The notes under the pieces were generated by a model that saw only the letters and a list, made by a program, of their open reading frames with translations, was not told the origin of the DNA and made no database searches. Below, piece after piece: positions 1 through 7,950 of a stretch of DNA of 37,666 nt; the stretch's first letter is position 1; the number at the start of each line of letters is the position of its first letter. The DNA comes from Vicinamibacterales bacterium (lineage in GTDB: Bacteria > Acidobacteriota > Vicinamibacteria > Vicinamibacterales > UBA2999): the NCBI GenBank assembly GCA_035635535.1, contig DASQAX010000539.1, positions 1-37,666 of the forward strand, read 5' to 3'. The position numbers were made by a program, and so were the translations under genes.

Positions 1-1208
1 CCGGACTTGAGCTGGTTCATGTCGGTCTCGGCCCAGCTGCGCTCGCTCGTCTGGATGATCGGAACGGCGGCACGTCCGTTCGACGCCGGCAGGATGGGCG
101 TGATCGATCTCGCCAGCGGAAATGCGGTGATAACGTTGAACCGATCGGTGATCGGATGCGGAGGATATTTCGCGACGACGGGCACGGACGCGTCGGTGCC
201 AATCAACTGCCCCATGCCGCTGGCGTCGACGACCACGTCCTTTTCGGCCTGGAAGTCCCAGTCCTTGAGCAGCGCGTCGAGCACGGGCGTCGGCGGCGAC
301 TTCTCGTCGGGCGGGTCGACCATCACGAAGACGTGGCCGCCCTTCACGAGGAACCGTTGCAGCATGTCGGCTTCCGGCTGGAACAGGTCGGTTCTGGGTC
401 CGGCGACGACGACGACGGACGCGTCGGCGGGCACGTCCTTCTCCTGTGCCAGCACGACCTTCGCGACGTCGTAGTTGTCGCGCCCGAGCGCGGTCTTCAC
501 CTCGCCGTAGCCGTCGCGCTCCGTGCTGTCGATGTCTTTCTCGCCGTGGCCCTGAAGGAAGTAGACCTTCTTCTTGTTGGGACTTAGCGCCTTGACGAGG
601 CCGCCGGTGAGGTCCTGCTCCTCCGCGGAGGTCACAAGTTCTTTGCGTCCCTGGTACTCGACAACGACTGTGCCATAGCTCTGTATCTGGTATTGGCGCG
701 CTTCGACGGGCTTCTTATCGATGTCGATGTACTCCACATCGACCTTTGACGGCGACTCGTACTTGTATTGGTCGAGCGCGCCTCGGAAGCGATCGAAGTT
801 TTCGGTCTTGTCGAAGACAAGGAACTTCACGGGCTGATTGAGGTTCTGCAGCAGCTTTGTCGTCTGGTCCGACAGCGTGTACTGCTGGTTCTTCGTCAGG
901 TCCCACCGCTTGTTCTGCCGGAACGACAGGTAGTTGACGGCGACCAGGATGCCGAGGAACACCAGCACGCTGGCGCCGGCAATCGCTCCGTAGCGCGCGT
1001 TGCGCTTGCGGAAGTAGTCGACGATCTCGCGCCACTGACCCAGCGTGTACAGGACCACGCACGCAAGGCCCGCCCACGCGCCGTACTTCGCGTAGACGTC
1101 CCAGTTCTGCGCGAAGCGTCCCTGCGAGATGCCGATGCGTACGACGACGGCGGCGACGACGAGCGCCGTCCCTAGCCATCCGACGATGTTCAGGATCTGC
1201 TTGATCAT
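1..1208 (-). CDS. GldG-like auxiliary component of an ABC-2 transporter (3' end cut by the window edge)
   Basis: Absent from the ORF track because it has no stop in the window. My own translation from the ATG at 1208 (complement) reads MIKQILNIVGWLGTALVVAAVVV...NKRWDLTKNQQYTLSDQTTKLLQNLNQPVKFLVFD...KKKVYFLQGHGEKDI...VVVVAGPRTDLFQPEADMLQRFLVKGGHVFVMVDP and stays open to position 3. N-terminal TM helices followed by a GldG-type (ABC-type uncharacterized transport system) domain. Starts 5 nt after the permease stop. Confidence 0.75.
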   Translation of the reverse strand, partial: MIKQILNIVGWLGTALVVAAVVVRIGISQGRFAQNWDVYAKYGAWAGLACVVLYTLGQWREIVDYFRKRNARYGAIAGASVLVFLGILVAVNYLSFRQNKRWDLTKNQQYTLSDQTTKLLQNLNQPVKFLVFDKTENFDRFRGALDQYKYESPSKVDVEYIDIDKKPVEARQYQIQSYGTVVVEYQGRKELVTSAEEQDLTGGLVKALSPNKKKVYFLQGHGEKDIDSTERDGYGEVKTALGRDNYDVAKVVLAQEKDVPADASVVVVAGPRTDLFQPEADMLQRFLVKGGHVFVMVDPPDEKSPPTPVLDALLKDWDFQAEKDVVVDASGMGQLIGTDASVPVVAKYPPHPITDRFNVITAFPLARSITPILPASNGRAAVPIIQTSERSWAETDMNQLKS

Positions 1209-1213
1209 AGGTG

Positions 1214-1981
1214 TCAGCCCTTCCAGCGCTCGGTGTCGACCGATCGCGCGGTCAGGAAAAGCCCGAATGACATCACGCTGAAGTAGTACACGAGGTGCTT
1301 GGTGTCGAGGATCCCCTTGGTGAAGTCGTCGAAGTGATCCGTGATCGACAGGTAATTGAGCACGCTCTGTGTCGTCGGGCCGGTGAACGACGCAATCCAG
1401 TTGATCACCCACAGCAGCAGGAACACCGCAAAGGTGACCATGCCGGAGACGATCTGGTTCTTCGTCAGGCTCGAGATCAGGAGGCCGACGGAGATGAAGC
1501 AGCCGCCCATGAGCAGCAGGCCAAGGTAGCCCATGAGGACGACCTTCGGCTCGGGATTGCCCCACGCGAAGAGGAGCACCATGTGGATGAGGGTGATCCC
1601 GAGCATCGCCGCGTAGAGCGCCATCGCCCCGAGGAACTTGCCGACGATGATCTCGACGTCGGTGACGGGCGACGTGAGCAGCAGCTCGATGGTGCCCGAG
1701 CGCTTCTCCTCCGAGTAGGTGCGCATCGTGATGAGCGGCAGCACGAACAGCAGGATGACGCTCGCGTTCAGGAACAGCGGACGAATCAGCTGCTGGTTGA
1801 TGTCGACGTTGCCGCCGCCGCCCAATCCTCCGAGCTGCTGGCTCTGCTGGTTGAAGATGATCAACATCGCGTAGAAGAAGTAGCCGAACAGCAGCGCGAA
1901 GAAGCCGATCACGACGTAGGCGATCGGCGTCGAGAAGTACGACTTCAGTTCCTTGTGCGCAATCGCGAGGATGTTGTTCAT
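1214..1981 (-). CDS. ABC-2 type transporter permease (GldF-like)
   Basis: 255-aa ORF with about 6 hydrophobic helices and an ABC-2 permease-like sequence. Its ATG overlaps the upstream ATPase stop (ATGA at 1978-1981). Confidence 0.85.
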   Translation of the reverse strand: MNNILAIAHKELKSYFSTPIAYVVIGFFALLFGYFFYAMLIIFNQQSQQLGGLGGGGNVDINQQLIRPLFLNASVILLFVLPLITMRTYSEEKRSGTIELLLTSPVTDVEIIVGKFLGAMALYAAMLGITLIHMVLLFAWGNPEPKVVLMGYLGLLLMGGCFISVGLLISSLTKNQIVSGMVTFAVFLLLWVINWIASFTGPTTQSVLNYLSITDHFDDFTKGILDTKHLVYYFSVMSFGLFLTARSVDTERWKG

Positions 1982-2970
1982 GAGACCAGCTCCCCTGTGC
2001 GTTCCGTATCGGTGTCGACGGGCGCCGCCGGCGCGGCCGTCTCCTCGGTCGTCACGTGCAGGAAGATCTCTTCGAGGCTCATGCGCATCGGCCGCATCTC
2101 CAGCAGCCCCCAGCCGCGGCTGACGACCGCGGCGGCGAGCTCGCGACGCACGTCGCGCCCGGCCTCGCTGTCCACCTCGTAGCCGACGACCTGCAGCTTC
2201 GTGTCGGTCGCCACGACGCGCGTCACGCCGGACACGCGTTCCAGCACCGCCGCCGCATCCGCGCCGCCCGCGTCAACCTGCAGGTACATCGTCTCCGAGC
2301 CGCGAAGGCGCGACGTCAGGTTGTCGGGCGTGTCCACCGCGACGACCTTTCCGCGGTTGATGATGACGACGCGCTGGCACGTCTGGCTGACCTCGGGAAG
2401 GATGTGCGTGCTCAGGATGATCGTGTGGTCGCCCGCCAGGCCCCTGATCAACTGGCGCGTCTCGATGATCTGCTTCGGGTCGAGGCCCGCGGTCGGCTCG
2501 TCGAGAATCAGCACGTCGGGATTGTGCATCAGCGCCTGCGCGAGGCCGACGCGCTGGCGGTAGCCTTTCGACAGCTTCCCGCAGTGGCGGTTGGCCACGT
2601 CGTCGACGTGCGTCTTCCGCATCATCTCTTCCACGCGCGCCTTCCGCTCGCCACGCGGCACGCGCTTGATCTTCGCGACGAACGAGAGATATTCGCGGAC
2701 GGTCATCTCGGGATAGAGCGGCGGCGTTTCCGGCAGGTAGCCGGTGCGTCGCTTGGCCTCGATCGGCTGCTCCATGACGTCGTAGCCGGCCACGATCGCC
2801 TTCCCCTCCGTCGGCGGCATGTAGCCGGTCAACACCCGCATCGTCGTCGTCTTGCCGGCGCCGTTCGGTCCGAGGAAGCCGAGGATTTCGCCCCGTTCCA
2901 CGGTAAAGCTGATGTCGTCGACGGCCATTACGGGGCCGTACCGTTTCGTCAGATGTTGAACTTCGATCAC
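1978..2970 (-). CDS. ABC transporter ATP-binding protein (GldA-like)
   Basis: Walker A GPNGAGKTT, signature LSKGYRQRV, Walker B LILDEPTAGLD. GTG start at 2970 preceded by GGAGG with a 7-nt spacer. Confidence 0.95.
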   Translation of the reverse strand: MIEVQHLTKRYGPVMAVDDISFTVERGEILGFLGPNGAGKTTTMRVLTGYMPPTEGKAIVAGYDVMEQPIEAKRRTGYLPETPPLYPEMTVREYLSFVAKIKRVPRGERKARVEEMMRKTHVDDVANRHCGKLSKGYRQRVGLAQALMHNPDVLILDEPTAGLDPKQIIETRQLIRGLAGDHTIILSTHILPEVSQTCQRVVIINRGKVVAVDTPDNLTSRLRGSETMYLQVDAGGADAAAVLERVSGVTRVVATDTKLQVVGYEVDSEAGRDVRRELAAAVVSRGWGLLEMRPMRMSLEEIFLHVTTEETAAPAAPVDTDTERTGELVS

Positions 2971-3121
2971 AGGAGTGCCTCCGCCTGCTGCATACGGTAT
3001 GGAATCCGAAATAATTACAGGAGATCCGACTGATTATACGTATCCCGACCCGGCAATTCGGACGTCCAAGCCCCTTATTCGGTCGGGATCCGGCAAGATA
3101 GGACGAGAGTCTCCTCAAGAG

Positions 3122-5257
3122 ATGGCTACCGAGACGGTCACCTGCACAGTCTGTGAGCTTCACGCCGAAGCCGTCTTCCGCGTCGAGGGGATGGACTGCA
3201 ACGAGGAGGTGGTCATCCTCGAGCGCCGCCTGAAGCCGCTGGCCGGGCTCGAGGCGCTGTCGGCCGATCTCATCGGCCAGCGGCTGCACGTGAAATACGA
3301 CGCGGCCAAGCTCACCACCTCCGCCATGGTCGACGCCGTCGGCGAAACCGGCATGCGGATGTGGCTCGAGCACGAGGAGCCGATGCTCGGCAGCTCGGCG
3401 CTCGAATGGCGCTGGAAGCTGATGCTGGCCTCCGGCGCGTTCCTGGTCGCCGCCGCCGTGGCCGGGAGTGCGGGCACGCCGGGGATGGCCCTCCCGCTCT
3501 ACCTCGCCGGCGCCGCCGCGGGCATCATCTACCCACTCCGGCGCGCGTTCACGTCGGCCCGGTCGCGCATCCTCGACATCAACGTCCTGATGGTCATCGC
3601 GGTGGCCGGGGCGCTGGCGCTTGGCGACTGGCCCGAGGCCACCAGCGTCGTCTTCCTGTTCGCCGTGGCCCAGTGGCTCGAAGTGAGGACGATGGAGCGG
3701 GCCCGGCAGGCGATCCGTTCGCTCATCGACCTGACGCCTCGGGAGGCGCTCGTCCGGCGGAACGGACGCGAACAGCGGGTGCCGGTCGACACGATTGCGC
3801 CCGGCGACGAGATCGTCGTCCGGCCCGGGGAGAAGGTGCCGCTCGACGGCCTCGTCACCACGGGCCGGAGCGATGTCAACGAGGCGCCGCTGACGGGCGA
3901 ATCGCGCCCCATCGACAAGGCGCCCGGCGACGAGGTGTACGCCGGGACCATCAACGGCCGCGGCGCGATGGAGGTGCGCGTGCTGCGGCTCGGACGCGAC
4001 AGCCGGCTCGCGCGCATCATTCATCTCGTCGAGACCGCGCAGGCGCAGCGCGCGCCCGTGCAGTCGTTCGTCGACCGCTTCGCCCGCGTCTACACGCCTG
4101 TCGTGCTGGCCCTCGCGATCGTCGTCGCGACGGCGCCGCCGCTGCTGGCCGGCGCGGCGTTCGCGACCTGGATCTATCGCGCGCTGGTGCTCCTCGTCGT
4201 CGCCTGCCCGTGCGCGCTGGTCATCTCGACGCCGGTCTCGATCGTCGCGGCGCTGTCGGCCGCCGCGCGCCACGGCGTGCTGATCAAGGGAGGCGCCTAC
4301 CTGGAACGCCTGGCGTCGATCCGCGTCGTCGCGTTCGACAAGACCGGGACGCTGACGAAAGGCGAGCTGAGCGTGACCGACGTCGCGGTCATCGGGCGCG
4401 CGGTGGCGCTCGACGTCATTCGGCTGGCGGCGGCCGTCGAGGCGCGCTCGGCGCATCCGATCGCCGCCGCGATTACCCGCCACGCGCACGCGCTGCTGAC
4501 CGACCTTCCGCCGGTGCGCGGCTTTGCCTCGCTGCCGGGGATGGGCGCCGAAGGAGAAGTCGACGGCCGGCGGGTGGCCATTGGCAACGAGCGGTTCTTC
4601 GAAACGAACGGCATCGGCATCCCCGCGCCATGGCCCGACGCCGACCGGCTGCGCGGCGAGGGGAAGTCACTCGTCTTCGTCGCCGCCGACGGCGTGGCGC
4701 TCGGCGCCATCGCGGTCGCCGACCGTCCGCGCGAGACCGCTCGCGAGACCATCGAGATGCTCCGCGCACTGCACGTCTCGTCGGTCGCGATGCTCACCGG
4801 CGACCACGAGGAGACCGCCGCCGCCATCGCGCGCGAGCTGCAGGTGGACGAGTATCACGCCGCGCTGCTGCCCGAGCGGAAGCAGGCGATGGTGGAGTCG
4901 ATGCGCGCGGCGCACGGCCCGCTGATGATGGTGGGCGACGGCGTCAACGACGCGCCCGCGCTCGCCGCCGCCGACGTCGGCGTAGCCATGGGCGCGGCGG
5001 GCTCCGACGCCGCCCTCGAGACCGCGGATGTCGCGCTGATGTCCGACGAGCTGCTGAAGCTGCCCTACGCGCTGCGCCTCGCGCGCGCGACGATGCGCAA
5101 CGTGAAGACGAACGTGGCCATTTCGCTCTGCCTGAAGGCGGCGTTCCTCGGGCTCGCGATCGCGGGCGTGGCGACGCTCTGGATGGCGGTGCTCGCGGAC
5201 ACGGGTGCAACCGTCATCGTCGTCGCCAATGCGCTGCGATTGATCCGGGCGCGGTAG
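3122..5257 (+). CDS. Heavy-metal translocating P1B-type ATPase, Zn/Cd/Pb (P1B-2) signature
   Basis: Motifs TGES, CPC (ACPCALVISTP), DKTGTLT, GDGVNDAP, and a C-terminal LADTG (DxG) helix. N-terminal HMA-like fold has GMDCNEE in place of GMxCxxC, plus an upstream CTVC. I chose the ATG at 3122 (MATETVTC...) rather than the ORF-track start at 2975. Confidence 0.92.
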   Translation: MATETVTCTVCELHAEAVFRVEGMDCNEEVVILERRLKPLAGLEALSADLIGQRLHVKYDAAKLTTSAMVDAVGETGMRMWLEHEEPMLGSSALEWRWKLMLASGAFLVAAAVAGSAGTPGMALPLYLAGAAAGIIYPLRRAFTSARSRILDINVLMVIAVAGALALGDWPEATSVVFLFAVAQWLEVRTMERARQAIRSLIDLTPREALVRRNGREQRVPVDTIAPGDEIVVRPGEKVPLDGLVTTGRSDVNEAPLTGESRPIDKAPGDEVYAGTINGRGAMEVRVLRLGRDSRLARIIHLVETAQAQRAPVQSFVDRFARVYTPVVLALAIVVATAPPLLAGAAFATWIYRALVLLVVACPCALVISTPVSIVAALSAAARHGVLIKGGAYLERLASIRVVAFDKTGTLTKGELSVTDVAVIGRAVALDVIRLAAAVEARSAHPIAAAITRHAHALLTDLPPVRGFASLPGMGAEGEVDGRRVAIGNERFFETNGIGIPAPWPDADRLRGEGKSLVFVAADGVALGAIAVADRPRETARETIEMLRALHVSSVAMLTGDHEETAAAIARELQVDEYHAALLPERKQAMVESMRAAHGPLMMVGDGVNDAPALAAADVGVAMGAAGSDAALETADVALMSDELLKLPYALRLARATMRNVKTNVAISLCLKAAFLGLAIAGVATLWMAVLADTGATVIVVANALRLIRAR

Positions 5258-5284
5258 CGACGCCGGGCGCGCCTGCGAGCCGGG

Positions 5285-6793
5285 CTACGGTCCGGGGAAC
5301 ACGGACGCGGCGGTTGCCGTCAACACAGGACGAGGCGGGGTGACGTTCAGGCCCGCGCGCGCGAAGATCACGGACGTTGGTCCCTCGTAGCACTTCCGCC
5401 ATCCCTCTGCATCGAGCCGGCGCGCGGCCGGCAGCTCTCGCGGGATCCAGATGTAATCAGCTGCGAGCGTGTACGGGAGCGCGGCCCCGCCGGGCGCGTC
5501 GAAGAAGAATCGCAGGTGTTCATCCTGCACGCGCGACGAGTACACCGTTTCGCGGCGCCCGTCGATGGATACGCGCATCGCCGGCGATAGATGCCAGATC
5601 GCGTACTCCCCCCAGTCAAACCACACGAGCAACCGCTGTGACCCTGGCTGGCTCCTCAGGAATTCGACCGCATCGGTCTCGGGTGTATGACGAGGGTCGA
5701 TGCGCACCTGCATCGCATTGGCTGCAGAGAGGGACGCCGCGAAGGCAATCGTCACCGCGGCGGCCGAGGCGATAAGCCGCATGCGCCACGGCGGTAGCGG
5801 CATTGAGACCCGGGCGGTCCGCATCGCCTGGTACTTCCGGCTCAACGCCGGGCCGAACAGGTAGAGGACCGACAGCGTGAAGAAGGCCAGGAGACGAACG
5901 ACCATGAACGACGCGAAGGCGAGAGCCGCGACCACTCCAATCACCTCGAGTCGCCGCTCCGTGCGTCTGGTCGCCGCAAGACCGGCTATGCCCACACCCA
6001 GGATCGATGCCCAGCGCGCCCACGCATCCCACGTCAGCGCGTACACCGGCTGCCACTCGATGATGTCGGCGCGTCCGAAGCCGACCGTTTCGTACAAGAA
6101 GCGCCAGAGTCCGAAGCCGTAGGGGGTGACGAGCGTTCCTGCGAGCGCGGCGGCGCCTGCGACCGCGTACCACATGGCGTCCGATCGGCGTCCGTTGAAG
6201 ACGAGACCGACAACCCACACACCCAGAACGGCTCCTCCAACCATCCACCCCCCGTGCAGATTCGCCCACAGCAGGAAGACGGCGGGAATGATCCAGAAAC
6301 CCCATCGGGCCCGCCGACCTGTTGCCGTCAACGACCACAGGAAAACGGAAAAGCAGACGATTGAAAACAACTGAGGACGCACATGGTGGGTCTGTTCCAT
6401 CGTGCCGAGCACGGCGATCGCGGCGAGCACGTCGCGATCGACGCTGGCGTCAACCCCCCGCTCGCGCAGCGATGAGAGCAGCAACGCGAGCACCACGCCG
6501 AGCATCGCGACCTTCAGGAGCACCAGGCCGGGACTGCCACCCAACGTGAACGCCGAAGCGGTGATCACCTCGGAGCCCCATTCGTGGTTGACCCACGGCA
6601 GGTCTGCGCCGAAGGAATAGGGGTCCACCGTCGCGACCGTTCCGTCGCGAAGAATGTCGAGGCCGAATCGAAGATGGCCCCAGAGATCGGGGTCGGCCGT
6701 CGTGTACGAGGCCGCCGCGAGCAGCACGAACCAGAACGCAATCCGAAGCAGACTTCGGGATGAGACGAACCGCCCGTGGGCTGCCGATGACAT
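5285..6793 (-). CDS. Polytopic membrane protein, GT-C-like putative glycosyltransferase
   Basis: More than 10 predicted TM helices and an N-terminal ADPDLWGHLRFG loop with acidic residues, as in GT-C enzymes, followed by a C-terminal soluble domain. Start moved to the ATG at 6793 (MSSAAHGRF...), 11 nt after the upstream gene's stop. The family assignment is pattern-based only. Confidence 0.7.
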   Translation of the reverse strand: MSSAAHGRFVSSRSLLRIAFWFVLLAAASYTTADPDLWGHLRFGLDILRDGTVATVDPYSFGADLPWVNHEWGSEVITASAFTLGGSPGLVLLKVAMLGVVLALLLSSLRERGVDASVDRDVLAAIAVLGTMEQTHHVRPQLFSIVCFSVFLWSLTATGRRARWGFWIIPAVFLLWANLHGGWMVGGAVLGVWVVGLVFNGRRSDAMWYAVAGAAALAGTLVTPYGFGLWRFLYETVGFGRADIIEWQPVYALTWDAWARWASILGVGIAGLAATRRTERRLEVIGVVAALAFASFMVVRLLAFFTLSVLYLFGPALSRKYQAMRTARVSMPLPPWRMRLIASAAAVTIAFAASLSAANAMQVRIDPRHTPETDAVEFLRSQPGSQRLLVWFDWGEYAIWHLSPAMRVSIDGRRETVYSSRVQDEHLRFFFDAPGGAALPYTLAADYIWIPRELPAARRLDAEGWRKCYEGPTSVIFARAGLNVTPPRPVLTATAASVFPGP

Positions 6794-6804
6794 GGGTCCG
6801 GACG

Positions 6805-7533
6805 TCAGGCCTTCCGGTTCGTAAAGAAGTGCGCGTCGACGAACTCGCCAATCGCGTTCTGGTCCTCGTCGGCGAGCCCGATGAACTCGAGGCCCATGCC
6901 GACGCGCCTGTCGGTCCACGTCACCTTCGACTCGACGTCGACGTCCCTCTTCCCCATCGGCATCCGGAACCGCACCTTGACGGTGATCCCCCGCTCGAGC
7001 GGGTTGGTGGTACGGACCGCGACGCCGCCGCGGCTGATGTTCAGCGTGACGGCGGCGGCAATCGTGTTGCCGAACCGGTAGGCGATGGGAATGCCGAGCA
7101 CGACGCGCGGGCCCCCCCGGCGGTTGAAGTCACCAGGGAACAGGTGCGGCGCGAGCGACGGCAGGATGTGCTGCAGCGACGTGTACTCGTTGACGAAGCC
7201 GCCGACGTTCAGCGCGCCGAGCTCGCGCACCTCGGTGGCGCTGGCAATGGTGCCGCTGAAGACGACGATCGGCGGCTTCTTCGGATCGATATTGCGCAGC
7301 GCGCGCACGAGGTTCACACCGTTGCCGTGCGGCAGCCGCAGGTCCACGACCAGGAGATCGATGTTGGCGAGGTCGGCCTTGACGCGCGCGATCAGCTCGT
7401 TGCCGGTCGAGACCGTGATGGCGCGGTGCCCCGCGCGCTCGAGCGCCCCCTTGAAGCGGTCGCGCACGAAGGCCGTGTCGTCCGCGACGACCACTGTCCT
7501 TGTCGCAAGCCTCGGGGCGGCCGCGGAGCTCAC
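6805..7533 (-). CDS. Response-regulator receiver (REC) + PilZ domain protein
   Basis: REC core VVVADD...DLLVVDLRLP...K, then PilZ motifs RxxxR (RRGGPR) and D/NxSxxG (NISRGGV). Start set to the GTG at 7533 (MSSAAAPRLATRTVVVADD). The longer track ORF up to 7662 adds an Arg-rich, non-REC extension. Confidence 0.85.
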   Translation of the reverse strand: MSSAAAPRLATRTVVVADDTAFVRDRFKGALERAGHRAITVSTGNELIARVKADLANIDLLVVDLRLPHGNGVNLVRALRNIDPKKPPIVVFSGTIASATEVRELGALNVGGFVNEYTSLQHILPSLAPHLFPGDFNRRGGPRVVLGIPIAYRFGNTIAAAVTLNISRGGVAVRTTNPLERGITVKVRFRMPMGKRDVDVESKVTWTDRRVGMGLEFIGLADEDQNAIGEFVDAHFFTNRKA

Positions 7534-7575
7534 GCCCTGAGTATCGGATTTGACGTCACGCAACCTTAGCCTTCG

Positions 7576-7605
7576 TTGCGGTGGCGTCGCGGATCTCGCT
7601 ATAAT
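7576..7605 (+). promoter_or_regulatory. Sigma70-like promoter candidate (TTGCGG - 18 nt - TATAAT) for the zinc-ribbon/LarE-like operon
   Basis: A perfect TATAAT at 7600-7605 is rare in this GC-rich window. A TTGCGG hexamer lies 18 nt upstream. About 90 nt upstream of the ATG at 7696. Confidence 0.35.
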
Positions 7606-7616
7606 CCGTCGTTCTG

Positions 7617-7658
7617 CCGGAAAACGGCGCATCCACCCGTGGGTGCCCGCTTTTCCGG
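7617..7658. other. Very stable symmetric hairpin in the divergent control region (terminator- or attenuator-like)
   Basis: CCGGAAAA (7617-7624) pairs with TTTTCCGG (7651-7658). Inner stem GCATCCA (7629-7635) pairs with TGGGTGC (7640-7646) around the loop CCCG. The GC-rich upper stem is followed by a U4 run on either strand. Confidence 0.4.
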
Positions 7659-7695
7659 ACAAGCTGGCGGCGGTTTCTCCGCCACTGGAGCCCGT

Positions 7696-7950
7696 ATGGC
7701 GACCTGCCCCGAGTGCGAATTCGACGAGATCGAGACCGCTGATTTCGAAGAGGGCGACACCTTGAGTTGCCCCGAGTGCGGCAAGAACCTCGTGCTCGTG
7801 GGCGGCGACGACGTTGAAATCGCCGGCGACGAAGACGAGGACGAGGACGATCTCGACGAAGACGAGGACGAGGACGACGACGAGGAGGTCGACGAAGACG
7901 ACCTCGACGACGAGGATGCCCTCGACGAAGAAGAGGATTTGGACGAGTGA
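7696..7950 (+). CDS. LysW-like zinc-ribbon protein with a ~40-aa poly-acidic C-terminal tail
   Basis: MATCPECEFDEIETADFEEGDTLSCPECGKNLVLVGGDDVEIAG has the CPxC-N17-CPxCG ribbon and following beta-strand pattern of the amino-group carrier protein LysW. The tail is almost entirely D/E and ends ...EEEDLDE. GGAG lies 5 nt upstream of the ATG. The stop overlaps the next gene's start (GTGA). Confidence 0.75.
   Translation: MATCPECEFDEIETADFEEGDTLSCPECGKNLVLVGGDDVEIAGDEDEDEDDLDEDEDEDDDEEVDEDDLDDEDALDEEEDLDE

Noticed and set aside
2273-4489. 738-aa minus-strand ORF (and the 660-aa plus-strand ORF 3361..5343) overlapping the P-type ATPase gene
   Set aside because: Extremely Arg/Asp/Gly/Pro-rich with no motifs. 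They lie antisense to or out of frame with a gene carrying the full set of P1B ATPase motifs. This is the typical long spurious ORF of high-GC DNA.
5285-6919. Longer N-terminal extensions offered by the ORF track for several genes (5285..6919, 6805..7662, 13418..14398, 27809..29536, 2975..5257, 35140..36162)
   Set aside because: The extensions are Arg-rich or are translations of repeat arrays, overlap the upstream gene, or lack an SD. Internal starts give proper signal peptides or domain N-termini and sensible intergenic spacing.
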